Source: an uncultured Gammaproteobacteria bacterium (lineage in GTDB: Bacteria; Pseudomonadota; Gammaproteobacteria; Pseudomonadales; Endozoicomonadaceae). From it: a stretch of 24,000 nt of DNA. Below, piece after piece: positions 23,856-24,000 of this stretch. Under the pieces are notes generated by a model. That model searched no databases. It saw nothing but the letters and a program-made list of their open reading frames with translations, and had not been told where the DNA came from. Location: contig CAKMZJ010000022.1 of assembly GCA_929200395.1 (NCBI GenBank), forward strand, positions 1-24,000. The letters run 5' to 3'. The position numbers and the translations under genes were made by a program. The number at the start of each line of letters is the position of its first letter. Position 1 is the first letter of the stretch.

Positions 23856-24000
23856 TTATTTATCATTTAGCTTGTTATCTATTTCTAAATTAATAGGTGT
23901 TATTTTAATTAATAACCCAAGGATCGGGCTATCTATATACATTAAATTTCCAGAAGTCTTTATACTGTTTTGTGCTTCATAACTAAAGTAGTTATATAGT
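23856..24000 (-). CDS. Possible 3' end of a minus-strand gene that continues beyond the window
   Basis: The reverse-strand frame is open for 47 codons from the window edge (…YEAQNSIKTSGNLMYIDSPILGLLIKITPINLEIDNKLNDK) before a TAA at 23856-23858. It is not in the ORF track because no start codon lies within the window. An open frame of this length is somewhat unlikely by chance in DNA this AT-rich. Confidence 0.3.
   Translation of the reverse strand, partial: LYNYFSYEAQNSIKTSGNLMYIDSPILGLLIKITPINLEIDNKLNDK

Noticed and set aside
1-24000. CRISPR arrays, rRNA or tRNA genes, IS elements, integrases or phage genes that might delimit the accessory region
   Set aside because: I saw no regularly spaced direct repeats, no conserved rRNA or tRNA motifs, and no transposase or integrase-like translations in any listed ORF. 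The island has no visible mobility genes in this window.

Overview
This is an AT-rich bacterial window. The left ~9.4 kb is ordinary gammaproteobacterial-type content: a comEA-like gene, yibN-secB, thiS-thiG-thiH, a GlxA/AraC regulator and a divergently placed long beta-ketoacyl synthase. One large orphan repeat protein sits among these genes. From ~9.6 kb to the right edge the window becomes a dense accessory region of eukaryote-like ORFs. These ORFs are: (1) an F-box protein; (2) two diverged paralogs with a complete TRAF-like domain order (variant RING, two TRAF-type zinc fingers, MATH-like C-terminus); (3) a classical-PTP-like domain with a degenerate NCx5K P-loop fused to a textbook WH2 actin-binding motif; (4) a protein with a signal peptide, RGG box, many NxS/T sequons, a poly-Asn run and a hydrophobic C-terminal tail; (5) a U-box protein with a membrane hairpin; (6) several orphan ORFs. 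A GltB-type FMN oxidoreductase gene is embedded in this region. The pattern fits an effector island of an intracellular, protist-associated (Legionellales-like) bacterium, but the taxon and any secretion are inference only. I saw no rRNA, tRNA, CRISPR array, transposase or integrase. Several short intergenic repeats and palindromes recur across the window. All domain calls come from reading motifs by eye in the supplied translations, and no database search was run.
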